A stretch of 64,000 nt of DNA. It comes from an uncultured Christensenella sp. (GTDB lineage: Bacteria; Bacillota; Clostridia; Christensenellales; UBA1242). Every line of letters begins with the position of its first letter. Positions within the stretch are counted from its first letter, which is position 1. Shown in pieces: positions 46,472 to 56,173 of this stretch. Both the position numbers and the translations under genes were made by a program. Where the stretch lies: assembly GCA_964455585.1 (NCBI GenBank), contig CAYVXW010000001.1, positions 28,248 to 92,247 of the forward strand, written 5' to 3'. Under the pieces are notes generated by a model that saw nothing but the letters and a program-made list of their open reading frames with translations, was not told where the DNA came from and ran no database searches.

Positions 46472-48994
46472 CTATTTTTCTTTTGGAGTAACTTTAAAGT
46501 TAAGTTTTCCGTCTTTGGCGGATATAACTATAACTGAATCACGGCTAATGCTTCCGTCAAGGAGTGCTTCGGCAAGTTTGTCTTCAATTTCTTGTTCAAT
46601 TAGTCGTCTTAGAGGTCTTGCGCCATACTCGCTATCGTAGCCCTTTTCGGTTAGATACTTTAATGCACTTTCGGTAATTTTTAGGCTTGCACCTTGATTT
46701 TGAAGCCTTTTGTTGAGCCCAGTTATAAATAGTTTGGCAATTTGGGATAGTTGGGCGGTAGTTAATGGATGGAAGACAGTTACTACATCAATCCTATTTA
46801 AAAACTCCGGTCTAAAGTGTTTTTTCAACGCCGAAGTCAAAATTTGGCTAATTTCTTCGTAGTCTAGTTCCTTGTCCACATCATCATTTGCACCAAAGCC
46901 CAAGCCCCCCTTCTTTTTAGGAAGTTCGCTTACGCCAACGTTTGAGGTGAAAATGATTATTGTATTCTTAAACGAAACCGTCCTGCCTTGGCTATCGGTA
47001 AGCCTTCCGTCGTCTAGCACTTGCAAAAGCAAGTTGAATACATCGGGATGTGCCTTTTCAATTTCGTCAAATAATACCACTGAATATGGCTTTCTTCTAA
47101 CCTTTTCGGTAAGTTGTCCGCCCTCATCAAAGCCAACATATCCCGGAGGTGAGCCAATAAGTTTGCTTACGCTATGCTTTTCCATATACTCACTCATATC
47201 CAGTCTAATTACGGCGTTTTCGCTATCAAACATTGCTTCCGCAAGTGCTTTGCAAAGTTCGGTTTTACCAACACCCGTTTGACCTAGGAACATAAAACTG
47301 CCAATTGGTCTATTGTTGTCCTTTAGTCCAATTCTTGCTTTTCTAATAGCCTTGCTAACTGCGACAACTGCCTCGTCTTGACCAATTACACGCTTGTGCA
47401 AAATGTCTTCTAGTTTAAGTAGTCTATCCCTTTCGTTTTCGGTAATTTTGCTAATTGGGATTTTTGTCCAGTCGCTAATGATATTACAAATATCTTCTTC
47501 GGTTATAACCAACTCGTTTGAGCCATAACCGCTTCCACTAAGTTCCCTTATACGCTCTTGAGCCGACCTGATTTTGTCCCTATATTCACTCGCTTTTTCA
47601 AAGTTTTCGGCAAACAAGGCTTCCTTTTTCTCCACCTCATATCTTGCCACATCTTCTTCTAGTTTTACTAGTTCCTCTGGCTTTTTCTTCCCCGCAACTT
47701 TTACCCTACTGCTTGCCTCGTCTATTAGGTCGATGGCTTTGTCGGGCAAACTTCTATCCATAATATATCTATCGCTAAGCGATGCGGCGGCGACTATTGC
47801 TTCGTCGGCAATTTTTACCTTGTGGAAAACCTCAAAACTATCCTTTAGCCCTCTTAAAATTTCTATCGTTTGTTGAACGGATGGAGGATTTACGATAACG
47901 GGTTGGAACCTACGCTCTAGGGCTTTGTCTTTTTCGATATACTTTTTGTATTCGTCGGTAGTGGTTGCACCAATGGTTTGGAACTCCCCTCTAGCAAGAT
48001 ATGGTTTTAGCATATCGGCAGGATTGACCTCGCCCTTATCGCCCCCTACTTGGACTAAAGTATGGATTTCGTCAATAAACACAATTATGTCTTTGTTGCC
48101 AGAAATATAATCAATTAGTTGCTTTAGCCTTTCTTCTAGTTCGCCTCTATATTTTGTGCCCGCCATAAGTCCGCCAAGTTCTAGCGAAAAAATAGTTTTA
48201 CCTTTTAACAAATCGGGAACGTCGCCATTTGCAATTGCAAGTGCCAAGCCGTCAACAACCGCACTTTTACCAACTCCCGCTTCACCAATTAGCACGGGAT
48301 TATTTTTGTTCTTTCTACAAAGGATTTCAATAACCCTTGCAATTTCCTCTTTTCTTCCAATAATTGGGTCAATTTTGCCCGCTCTTGCCTTTTCGGTCAA
48401 GTCCCTTCCCATAGATTTTATAAAGTCGGGAATTTCGCCATTTTGTGTGCCGTTTTGATATTCCCCACCTCTATTTTCGGTATATCCGTCGTACGATGAA
48501 TATCCGCCAAATCCGCTAGGTTGAGAAGCGTATCCCCCCATATTTCCAAGTGCGGTGGACTTCAAAATTTGAAGCACGCTATTTTTTATATCGTTTATGT
48601 TTACCCTAAAGTTCTTTTTTAGGATGTTTCCGGCGGTGTAGTTGTCGCCAGTAAGAATGGCAATAAGCAAGTGTTCGGTGCCCACAAAGTCGTGACCAAT
48701 TTGAACGGCAAATTGGCTAGCGATAGATATAATTTCCTTGCTATCTATGGTCAAATCAACTTCGTTTGCAATCATTGTGGTAGCACCCCTATTCATCTTT
48801 GAAAACAAACTTTCAAGGGATGCGCTTGTAACCCCATAGGAAGACAAAATCTTTCCCGCCAAACTGTCTGGGATTTTTGTAAGGCCATACAAAATATGTT
48901 CGCTATCTATGGCAAATTTGCCATATTGCAAAGCAATGCTTCCCGCATATTGTAGCGCCATATCGGCATTGTCGGTAAATCTAATATTACTCAT
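46472..48994 (-). CDS. clpC: AAA+ chaperone ATPase ClpC
   Basis: Clp_N repeats, two Walker A sites (GEAGVGKSA, GQTGVGKTE), a UVR-like middle region, and position downstream of ctsR. A Gly/Tyr/Ser-rich linker follows the N-domain. Confidence 0.9.
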   Translation of the reverse strand: MSNIRFTDNADMALQYAGSIALQYGKFAIDSEHILYGLTKIPDSLAGKILSSYGVTSASLESLFSKMNRGATTMIANEVDLTIDSKEIISIASQFAVQIGHDFVGTEHLLIAILTGDNYTAGNILKKNFRVNINDIKNSVLQILKSTALGNMGGYASQPSGFGGYSSYDGYTENRGGEYQNGTQNGEIPDFIKSMGRDLTEKARAGKIDPIIGRKEEIARVIEILCRKNKNNPVLIGEAGVGKSAVVDGLALAIANGDVPDLLKGKTIFSLELGGLMAGTKYRGELEERLKQLIDYISGNKDIIVFIDEIHTLVQVGGDKGEVNPADMLKPYLARGEFQTIGATTTDEYKKYIEKDKALERRFQPVIVNPPSVQQTIEILRGLKDSFEVFHKVKIADEAIVAAASLSDRYIMDRSLPDKAIDLIDEASSRVKVAGKKKPEELVKLEEDVARYEVEKKEALFAENFEKASEYRDKIRSAQERIRELSGSGYGSNELVITEEDICNIISDWTKIPISKITENERDRLLKLEDILHKRVIGQDEAVVAVSKAIRKARIGLKDNNRPIGSFMFLGQTGVGKTELCKALAEAMFDSENAVIRLDMSEYMEKHSVSKLIGSPPGYVGFDEGGQLTEKVRRKPYSVVLFDEIEKAHPDVFNLLLQVLDDGRLTDSQGRTVSFKNTIIIFTSNVGVSELPKKKGGLGFGANDDVDKELDYEEISQILTSALKKHFRPEFLNRIDVVTVFHPLTTAQLSQIAKLFITGLNKRLQNQGASLKITESALKYLTEKGYDSEYGARPLRRLIEQEIEDKLAEALLDGSISRDSVIVISAKDGKLNFKVTPKEK

Positions 48995-49418
48995 TATTGT
49001 CTCCTTTTTGAAGGTTTTCTATTTCCTTTTTTAGTTTGCTTGCCTTCTCGTAATCTTCCTTTTCTACGGCTTCGCTTAGTTCGTTTTTTAAGCCTTGGAT
49101 TTTTAAAGCGTTTGGGTTAGCCTCCATATCACGCTTAAACTTATCGGCACCCTCTCTTACCGACTTTTTGGCTTGCTCCAATATACTATTCCCCCTACTT
49201 GGGCTTGCAAACCCAAATGCCGGCTCAAATGGTAGCGAAAATCCAAAATCAAAACTTGGACTAAAGAAATCGTCAAAGAAACTATCTATATAGTTCCTAT
49301 CCCCCATATCCTCATATCTAGCACACTCGCTACACAAGTGCTTTTCGGTAACGCGTCCGTTTATATTTGTTTTTAAATAAGCGACCGCCTCACGCTTTTT
49401 GCATCTATCACAAATCAT
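48987..49418 (-). CDS. UVR-domain zinc-ribbon protein, McsA-like
   Basis: N-terminal CDRC...CSEC motif and a C-terminal UVR-like helix (LSEAVEKEDYEKASKLKKEIENL). It lies between ctsR and clpC with overlapping stop/start codons. Confidence 0.55.
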   Translation of the reverse strand: MICDRCKKREAVAYLKTNINGRVTEKHLCSECARYEDMGDRNYIDSFFDDFFSPSFDFGFSLPFEPAFGFASPSRGNSILEQAKKSVREGADKFKRDMEANPNALKIQGLKNELSEAVEKEDYEKASKLKKEIENLQKGDNNE

Positions 49419-49879
49419 TAATTTTCCCCCCTTAAATAATTTATTAATACCGTTTTTAAAATATTTGCCCTTTGTTTATTTTCAATCTTCAAAGGCATTG
49501 AGAGTGCGTTATGCGAAAGAACAACTTCCAAAATCCCCTTTTCGTCCCTATCAATAATTTGAAGAGCCTCTAGGTTATCTAAAATTTTTACCGAAGTGGG
49601 ATAATCCAGTTCGCCCTCCAAAGTTGTAGAAATAAGTTCTTTTAGGTAATCATTCTTTTCGTAATTTATCTTAAATAGCCTTATGTATCCACCGCCCCCT
49701 CTATGCGATTCTATCATATACCCCTTTGGAGCCGTGAACCTTGTGGACAACACATAATTAATTTGGCTAGGCGCACAACTAAAAAAGTTGGCAAGTTCGT
49801 TCCTTGACAAATCAATATTGTCGCTATCCTCCAACTGTTCTAAGATAAACTCTTCAATAATGTCACTTATGTTTTGCAT
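49418..49879 (-). CDS. ctsR: Class III stress gene repressor CtsR
   Basis: MQNISDIIEEFI...SRNELANFFSCAPSQINYVLSTRFT...GYMIESHRGGGGYIRL matches CtsR. A consensus CtsR box lies upstream. Confidence 0.9.
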   Translation of the reverse strand: MQNISDIIEEFILEQLEDSDNIDLSRNELANFFSCAPSQINYVLSTRFTAPKGYMIESHRGGGGYIRLFKINYEKNDYLKELISTTLEGELDYPTSVKILDNLEALQIIDRDEKGILEVVLSHNALSMPLKIENKQRANILKTVLINYLRGEN

Positions 49880-49898
49880 AATCCACCCCTTGTAAAAG

Positions 49899-49915
49899 TT
49901 TGACTTTCTTTGACC
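49899..49915 (-). promoter_or_regulatory. CtsR operator
   Basis: Minus strand reads GGTCAAA-GAA-AGTCAAA, an exact match to RGTCAAA-NAN-RGTCAAA. It lies between the -10 element and the RBS of ctsR. Confidence 0.75.
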
Positions 49916-49926
49916 TTTACACTTAG

Positions 49927-49955
49927 ATGATACTCCTATTGTCTCCCAATGTCAA
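49927..49955 (-). promoter_or_regulatory. Sigma-A promoter of the ctsR operon
   Basis: Minus strand reads TTGACA (49950-49955), 17 nt, TATCAT (49927-49932). Confidence 0.55.
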
Positions 49956-49993
49956 CACTTTTGTGTCAATTTTTTAAAAAATTTTATTTATAG

Positions 49994-50020
49994 AAAAAAA
50001 GCACTATATATAGTGCTTTT
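49994..50020 (-). terminator. Palindromic terminator downstream of the amidohydrolase gene
   Basis: GCACTATATATAGTGC perfect palindrome flanked by A7 and T4. The longer T-run is on the minus strand. Confidence 0.6.
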
Positions 50021-50131
50021 ACATAACTTTGCATAATAGTTTGATTTCAAATAATTTGACAAATCAAATATTATTTTGGATAAGTTTGTCAAAATATCAA
50101 TATAATCAAAAGTCAAACTTTTGGTCAAAAA

Positions 50132-51406
50132 TCAAATTTCGTTATCTATTCTAAATATAATATCCTCACAAGTGCTTGCGATGTCCTCATAGTCCACCCC
50201 ACAATAGTACTTTCCGTCCATATATAGCACTTTTCCGTCAACCATAGTTAGTATTACATTGCTACTCTCACAAGCATTAACTAGGTTATTATAAATATTA
50301 TTAAGCGGACGCATATTGGGTTTTGAGGTGTCTATCATAATTAGGTCGGCAAGATACCCTTCTTCAACCCTTCCCAAGTCGTCGTACCCCAAAGCCATCG
50401 CACCCCTAACTGTCGCCATTTTAAGAGCGTCAATAGTTGTTATTGCACTAAACTCGTTTAGAACTCCCGCTTGCAAGTTGTCCGCCAAATACATTTCCTT
50501 AAACATATTTAGATTGTTGTTACTGCCCGCCCCGTCGGTGCCAATTGACACATTGATTTTGTTTTTTACAAAACTATATAACGGCGCAATCCCGCTTCCC
50601 AAAATCAAATTGCTACTAGGACAAGTGGCAACCGATATGTCATAGTTTTTCATAATTTCTATGTCGTCTTTGTCTATATGCACGCAATGAGCAAGCAAAC
50701 TTGGACTATCAAAAAAGCCAAAACTTTCTAGCGTTTCAATAGGCGACATTCCATATTTATTTGCAATCTCCCCCACCTCTTTCAGCGTTTCGCTTATGTG
50801 GGTAGACTTTAGGATATCGTGCTTTATTGCATACTTATTAAGTTCATTAAATTGGCTTTCGTCACAAGAGTATAGGCTATGAGCATATAATATCGGTTTT
50901 ATTCGTGACGACAAAGTGATACTTGAAATGTCTTTGTCCAAAGATTCTTCCGATACAATTTCTTTTCCAGTAATTGCCCCTACACCAATGCTTGCCCTAA
51001 TGCCAATATCCAAGACCGCCTTTGCCGTCTCGCTAGGATTTATATAAAAGTCCGCAACGGTAGTAACACCATTTTTAATAAGTTCAAGTATGCCTAGCGT
51101 CGCACCATAATAGCAGTCATCATTTCCTATGCGGTCTTCCAAAGGTCGCATAACGTCCCGCCACCAGTTGTCAAAACTTGTGTTTTCGCCGTACCCTCTA
51201 AAAAGCGTCATTGCAAGGTGGCAGTGAGTATTTACAAATCCGGGCATAACTATATTGCCTTTGGCATCTATCACCGTGCCCTCAACTTCTCGTACGCCTC
51301 CAACATAGGATATTCTATTTCCATCAATTTCCACTTGACCATTTCTAATAATTTCGTTACTTCTATTCATAGTAACAATTATTGCGTTTTTTATTATTGT
51401 TTTCAT
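50132..51406 (-). CDS. Amidohydrolase, MtaD-like (5-methylthioadenosine/S-adenosylhomocysteine deaminase family)
   Basis: Metal-binding PGFVNTHCHLAMTLFRGY, HSLYSC..., GTDGAGSNN motifs and ~424 aa length. Confidence 0.7.
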   Translation of the reverse strand: MKTIIKNAIIVTMNRSNEIIRNGQVEIDGNRISYVGGVREVEGTVIDAKGNIVMPGFVNTHCHLAMTLFRGYGENTSFDNWWRDVMRPLEDRIGNDDCYYGATLGILELIKNGVTTVADFYINPSETAKAVLDIGIRASIGVGAITGKEIVSEESLDKDISSITLSSRIKPILYAHSLYSCDESQFNELNKYAIKHDILKSTHISETLKEVGEIANKYGMSPIETLESFGFFDSPSLLAHCVHIDKDDIEIMKNYDISVATCPSSNLILGSGIAPLYSFVKNKINVSIGTDGAGSNNNLNMFKEMYLADNLQAGVLNEFSAITTIDALKMATVRGAMALGYDDLGRVEEGYLADLIMIDTSKPNMRPLNNIYNNLVNACESSNVILTMVDGKVLYMDGKYYCGVDYEDIASTCEDIIFRIDNEI

Positions 51407-51415
51407 AAGTTTCCT

Positions 51416-53965
51416 TTATTTGGCGTCGTACCAAGTTTTTCCGCTTTCGATATTCACAGTTAGTTTTACACTTAGGTCAACTACATTTTCCATACCACGC
51501 TTCAAAATTTCTTTTACCTTATCTAGTTCGCCTGCCACAACATCAACCACAAGTTCGTCGTGGACTTGCAAAATAATTTTGCTATGAAGTCCACTTGCCC
51601 TAAACTCATTATATATTTTTACCATAGCAAGTTTGATAATATCGCTTGCACTACCTTGCAAAGGCATATTCTTGCTTGCCCTCTCGCCAAAGGTTCTAAG
51701 GTTAAAGTTTGTACTATTAATTTCAGGTATTGGTCTAACACGCCCAAACATAGTTTTTACGCATCCAAACTTCCTTGCATAGTCCACATTTGAGTTCATA
51801 TAATCCAAAATTTTTGGATATCTATCAAAATACATTTTTATATACTCACCCGCTTCCTTTTTACTAACCCCAATGTTTTGGCTTAGCCCAAAGTCGCTAA
51901 TCCCGTACACAATTCCAAAGTTTATTGCTTTTGCTTTTCGACGCTCGTTTGCCGTCACTTCACTCATTTGAATGCCAAAGATTTCACTTGCGGTACGCGC
52001 GTGAATGTCTTGCCCCTCATTAAATGCACTAATTAGCGTTTCATCACCACTAAAACTAGCAAGCAGTCTTAGTTCAATTTGGCTATAGTCGGCACTTACC
52101 AAAAACCCATCTTTATGCGAAGGAATAAATACTTTTCTTAAGTTTCGCCCCTCTTCCGTTCTAACGGGAATGTTTTGAAGATTGGGCTCGCTACTGCTAA
52201 GCCTGCCGGTTGACGCAATTGTTTGATTAAACACACTATGGATTTTATCATCAGGCGTTAGCAAGTTTTCAAAGCCAACTATATAAGTGCTATATAACTT
52301 AGTAATAGCCCTATATCTAATAATAAGAGGCACAAGTGGATGCTTGTGTTCAATTTCATTTAGCACCTCAATACTAGTGCTTTTTTTCTTGTTGCTAGGA
52401 ATATTTAGTCCAAGTTTGTCAAATAGAATTTCTCCCAATTGCTTTGGACTGCTAATATTAAACTTTTCTCCCGCGGTAAAGTAAATGTCATTTTCTAGTT
52501 GTTTGATTTCTTCGGCATACTTTTTGTCTAGTGTCTCTAGTTCGTTTTTGTCTATCTTAAAGCCCTCTATTTCCATATCAAATAGCACATCAACAAGTGG
52601 CATTTCTATATTATAATAAAGGCTTAATAAGTCCATTTTTTCCAAGTTTGCATAGTACATATCTTTAATTGCAAATAGTAGTTTTGCTTTCGCCTTTCCT
52701 TCTAGTCCACATTCCACTCTCACCTCATCAAAAGTAACAGTTGGCTTTGCAATGGAATTGATTAGATATCTAGCAATCAAGCAATCAAACTCCACGCCCA
52801 AAAGGTTTGAACCATATCTATATAAAATATGCTTGATAGCCTTGCTATCAAATGCAATCTTTTTGATATTTTCATTTTCAAAAATTGGCTTTAGTTTTGT
52901 TACAACATTTATAATATCTAGTCCCGCGCTAAATAGGTCTTTGCCAAAATAAATTTGGTATTCCCTTTCGCAATAAATTGTAAAATCCTCTTGATCAAGA
53001 TATATTGCAAACTCCTTTGCTTTTGAAAGCGTTTCGACCAAATCATTTAGTTTTTCGTCACTGTCCACAACAAAAATATCGGTCTCTACCTTTTCAACTT
53101 TGGTGCTAACACCACTATAAATATCCGTCCTTTTTAGCAAAGTTCCAAATTGGTAACGCTTAAAGACATCCCTTACATCTTCATTAAATGGAAAATCATA
53201 AGTAAAGTCTTCAATCCCCTCTTCAAACGGCTCATCAAGCACGATTTGTGCCAGATATTGCGACATATACGCCTTGTCTTTGTCCCTTAGTAGGTTATCG
53301 TGTATCTTGCCCTTTATTTCGTCAATATGTGCATAAACCCCATCAAGCGAGCCATAAGTGGTTATAAGGTTTTTTGCCGTTTTTTCGCCCACACTGCCAA
53401 CACCGGGAATATTATCGCTACTATCACCCATCAAACTCTTTAGGTCAACCACTTGGTCGGCTCTAACACCATAAAACTCTTCAATATTGTCCTTTGTAAC
53501 AAGTATCGTCTCGGAAATCCCTTTCTTTGGGAAAAGAACGGATGTATGGTCGTTTATCAGTTGAAAAGCGTCTCTATCGGCAGACACAATTATGTTTTCG
53601 GTGTCATAAGCCCTACTAAGCGACCCCATAAGGTCGTCCGCCTCTAGCCCCTCTTTTTCAATAACCTTTATGTTCATTTTTTTTAGCATATCTTTTACAA
53701 TTGGAAATTGCGAAATGAGTTCCACTGGAGTTGGGCGTCTAGTCCCCTTATACTCAGCATAAGTTTCGTGCCTAAAGTTCTTTTTTGATACATCAAATGT
53801 AACCGCAATGTACTTTGGCTCCACCTCTTTAATAATTTTTACTAGCATATTAGTAAAGCCAAATACGGCATTGCTAACCTCTCCCGCAAAGTTGCTAAGT
53901 TGTGGCAATGCATAAAAAGCCCTAAACATTAGATTGTTTCCATCAATAATTACAAATTTTTCCAT
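51416..53965 (-). CDS. polA: DNA polymerase I
   Basis: 5' nuclease domain (IIDGNNLMFRAFYAL) and polymerase motifs A (DYSQIELR), B (RRKAKAINFGIVYG) and C (QVHDELV). The start is set at MEKFVI (53965), which has an AGGAG RBS. Confidence 0.95.
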   Translation of the reverse strand: MEKFVIIDGNNLMFRAFYALPQLSNFAGEVSNAVFGFTNMLVKIIKEVEPKYIAVTFDVSKKNFRHETYAEYKGTRRPTPVELISQFPIVKDMLKKMNIKVIEKEGLEADDLMGSLSRAYDTENIIVSADRDAFQLINDHTSVLFPKKGISETILVTKDNIEEFYGVRADQVVDLKSLMGDSSDNIPGVGSVGEKTAKNLITTYGSLDGVYAHIDEIKGKIHDNLLRDKDKAYMSQYLAQIVLDEPFEEGIEDFTYDFPFNEDVRDVFKRYQFGTLLKRTDIYSGVSTKVEKVETDIFVVDSDEKLNDLVETLSKAKEFAIYLDQEDFTIYCEREYQIYFGKDLFSAGLDIINVVTKLKPIFENENIKKIAFDSKAIKHILYRYGSNLLGVEFDCLIARYLINSIAKPTVTFDEVRVECGLEGKAKAKLLFAIKDMYYANLEKMDLLSLYYNIEMPLVDVLFDMEIEGFKIDKNELETLDKKYAEEIKQLENDIYFTAGEKFNISSPKQLGEILFDKLGLNIPSNKKKSTSIEVLNEIEHKHPLVPLIIRYRAITKLYSTYIVGFENLLTPDDKIHSVFNQTIASTGRLSSSEPNLQNIPVRTEEGRNLRKVFIPSHKDGFLVSADYSQIELRLLASFSGDETLISAFNEGQDIHARTASEIFGIQMSEVTANERRKAKAINFGIVYGISDFGLSQNIGVSKKEAGEYIKMYFDRYPKILDYMNSNVDYARKFGCVKTMFGRVRPIPEINSTNFNLRTFGERASKNMPLQGSASDIIKLAMVKIYNEFRASGLHSKIILQVHDELVVDVVAGELDKVKEILKRGMENVVDLSVKLTVNIESGKTWYDAK

Positions 53966-53984
53966 AATATCTCCTATCAAAGAT

Positions 53985-54012
53985 ATTTTACTATATTTAT
54001 CGTTTTTTTCAA
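53985..54012 (-). promoter_or_regulatory. Candidate promoter for polA
   Basis: Minus strand reads TTGAAA, 16 nt, TAAAAT. Confidence 0.3.
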
Positions 54013-54192
54013 AATATAATATGAAAATATTATATTAATTTTAGTAATTTGATTTGTTTTTTTAAAAACAAATATCAAAACGCCAAAATACTACAAACTA
54101 ATACATTATTCGCCCAATATTTGCGTCACATTTAGTTTTTTAAATTTTGAAATAAATCTAAAATAAAAATATAAATATAGAAGGAGAAAATT

Positions 54193-54663
54193 ATGAAAAA
54201 ATATTTGATTTCAATTTTGCTTATTATGCTACTAATCCCTTGTATGTTGCTAGCCTCGTGCGGAACAATAAAAGTATCTGGCAAAACCTTTGCTTATGGC
54301 TCGGTCGAGGTGGATTGGGGCACGGCAAGCGACGACGACAAAAACGCTCTATTTTCCGACTTTCAAGTCCAAACCGAAAACGAACTGCTTGCGGTACTAA
54401 GAACCCGAAACAACCGCAATGGCAGAAAAACCACTTTTGGGACCGATGGAAAATACACCACAAAAAACGAGAATGGCGACATCCTAGACAGTGGATATTA
54501 TAGACAAGAAGAAACAGTCATCACCCTTGCGGACACCGAGGACGGCTTGCTTGCGTCCGACGCCTACACCCTACTTGCCAATGACAAAGGCTATATCGTC
54601 ACCACCATCCTAAACGACGAAAAAAATATATTTGCAAAATATCAATATGTCGAGGAAGAGTAA
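54193..54663 (+). CDS. Hypothetical lipoprotein
   Basis: Signal peptide with lipobox LLASC, and a GGAG RBS. Confidence 0.6.
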   Translation: MKKYLISILLIMLLIPCMLLASCGTIKVSGKTFAYGSVEVDWGTASDDDKNALFSDFQVQTENELLAVLRTRNNRNGRKTTFGTDGKYTTKNENGDILDSGYYRQEETVITLADTEDGLLASDAYTLLANDKGYIVTTILNDEKNIFAKYQYVEEE

Positions 54664-54688
54664 AAATACAAACAACTCCAATAGCACA

Positions 54689-54722
54689 CCAAAAAAGACT
54701 AAGGTTTTCTTAGTCTTCTTTG
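54689..54722. terminator. Hairpin terminator between convergent genes
   Basis: AAGACTAAG-gtttt-CTTAGTCTT. The clean T6 run is on the minus strand; the T-tract on the plus strand is weaker. Confidence 0.55.
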
Positions 54723-54794
54723 ATGCATAAAAAACGACACCCACTAAAGCCCCTTTGTTGGTTTCACTTTATGTTGTGCCGTTTTTCTTTAAAT

Positions 54795-55208
54795 TTACAT
54801 TTCCATATCGCTATCGCAAGTCATATCGTCCGATTGATTGAACCCCATTACCCTAAAATAATCACTTGCCGAATTATACAACCTAAATTCGGTGGCATTG
54901 TGGTAAGCAATTGGATTATCTTTTTGGAAACTTTCGCTTGCCAAAGAAACTTCTTTCGCTTTCATTAGCGAATCGTATGTTACTGAAACAACTGAATATT
55001 GTTTGCTTTCCGAAACCTCATTAAGGAAATTTGCGACTTTCAAAGCGTCCCTAGCGGTAGTAAAATAAATAGGTTTTCTTCCTCTTACTGGCATAAGAGG
55101 CCTATCGCCAATTTGTTTTAGTTCTCTCCACTCTATCCCATACACCTTATTTAGTGCAATAGCACGCCTAACGCCACTATTATTGATATCAAAATTTACT
55201 CCATCCAT
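54795..55208 (-). CDS. Hypothetical protein (137 aa), second gene of a two-gene operon
   Basis: ORF 12 nt downstream of 55221-55922. No motif recognised. The C-terminus is acidic. Confidence 0.45.
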   Translation of the reverse strand: MDGVNFDINNSGVRRAIALNKVYGIEWRELKQIGDRPLMPVRGRKPIYFTTARDALKVANFLNEVSESKQYSVVSVTYDSLMKAKEVSLASESFQKDNPIAYHNATEFRLYNSASDYFRVMGFNQSDDMTCDSDMEM

Positions 55209-55220
55209 ACCGCTTCCCCT

Positions 55221-55922
55221 TTACATTTGAATATCGTGTTCGTGAGCATAATACTCACCAAATTCGCTCATTGACATAGTCTCAAACTTTGGCTTGTCGT
55301 CCTCAAGGTCTTTTCCAAATATTCTTTTTTCGGCACTCTCTTTTGATACCGCATATTTTACAAACCTCAATGATTTTGGGTCAAACTCTTTTGCTCTATA
55401 GATTTCTGGCAAATACGAACTTTCCCAATTGATTTCGCCCATCAATTCCTTGTCGGCAATTACAACCCAGTCGTCATACCCCTTATATCTAGTGCCATAC
55501 TCTCTAGTCACATTTCTAAGAGCCATTCCACTTGGCAAAACAAACTCAATGTTTACACCATTGTCAAAAGCCTTGTTTTCAAGCATAATTGAGTTTCTAA
55601 AAGGAACAACAACTCTTATGTCCCCCATTCCCTCAAAGCACGAATTTTTTATTTTAACACTACCTTTGGCATAGTTAGAAGCCTTATCCGCCTCGTAATA
55701 TGCAAGAGCCTCATTTTGTTTGTCCAAACTAACTGGCATAATAAAGCGCTTGTCACCAACAACTCTAGGCAAGATAACCTCATCCAACTTATCTTTCAAA
55801 GGAATTACTTTTTCAATGCTTACCCTGCCACCTTTTACGCTACACAAAACCACACAACTAGGCTTTCCGTCTTTATCATATTGAATATAAGTATTTTCTC
55901 TACACATTTCTGGTAAATTCAT
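55221..55922 (-). CDS. Hypothetical protein (233 aa), possibly with BspA-type LRR-like repeats
   Basis: IKNSCFEGMGDIRVVVPFRNSIMLENKAFDNGVNIEFVLPSG loosely resembles LRR_5 repeats. GAGGTGG RBS. The family is not established. Confidence 0.45.
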   Translation of the reverse strand: MNLPEMCRENTYIQYDKDGKPSCVVLCSVKGGRVSIEKVIPLKDKLDEVILPRVVGDKRFIMPVSLDKQNEALAYYEADKASNYAKGSVKIKNSCFEGMGDIRVVVPFRNSIMLENKAFDNGVNIEFVLPSGMALRNVTREYGTRYKGYDDWVVIADKELMGEINWESSYLPEIYRAKEFDPKSLRFVKYAVSKESAEKRIFGKDLEDDKPKFETMSMSEFGEYYAHEHDIQM

Positions 55923-55946
55923 ATTCCACCTCTTTTCTTTCCAACT

Positions 55947-55996
55947 ATCATATCACACTTCCCCACAAATTTCAATACCCAACTCAAAATTTGTGG
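55947..55996 (-). promoter_or_regulatory. Candidate promoter with an overlapping 10-bp inverted repeat (possible operator)
   Basis: Minus strand reads TTGAAA (55970-55975), 17 nt, TGa-TATGAT (55947-55952). The perfect inverted repeat CCACAAATTT (55963-55972) / AAATTTGTGG (55987-55996) spans the -35 element. Confidence 0.4.
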
Positions 55997-56035
55997 ACAA
56001 AGAAGAAAAATTTTTTTCCATATTCCCAAAATCTA

Positions 56036-56064
56036 TTGCCAAAGCGATTATTTTGTGTTAATAT
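56036..56064 (+). promoter_or_regulatory. Candidate promoter upstream of tRNA-Leu
   Basis: TTGCCA, 17 nt, TGt-TAATAT (extended -10). It lies ~110 nt upstream of the tRNA, so a long leader would be required. Confidence 0.3.
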
Positions 56065-56173
56065 ATTTAAGTTATTTGAGTTTGACGAATAAGCAGGGCT
56101 CTCAAAATGAACCGTTTGCTATCCTTTACTTTGTCAAGTACAACTTGATTTATTTACCTAGCCACACCCATAT

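Noticed and set aside
50111-50129. Second CtsR box AGTCAAA-CTTTT-GGTCAAA just downstream of the amidohydrolase stop
   Set aside because: The spacer is 5 nt instead of the consensus 3. The site lies upstream of the amidohydrolase terminator and is therefore outside the ctsR promoter region. It could be a weak or fortuitous site, and I do not call it functional.
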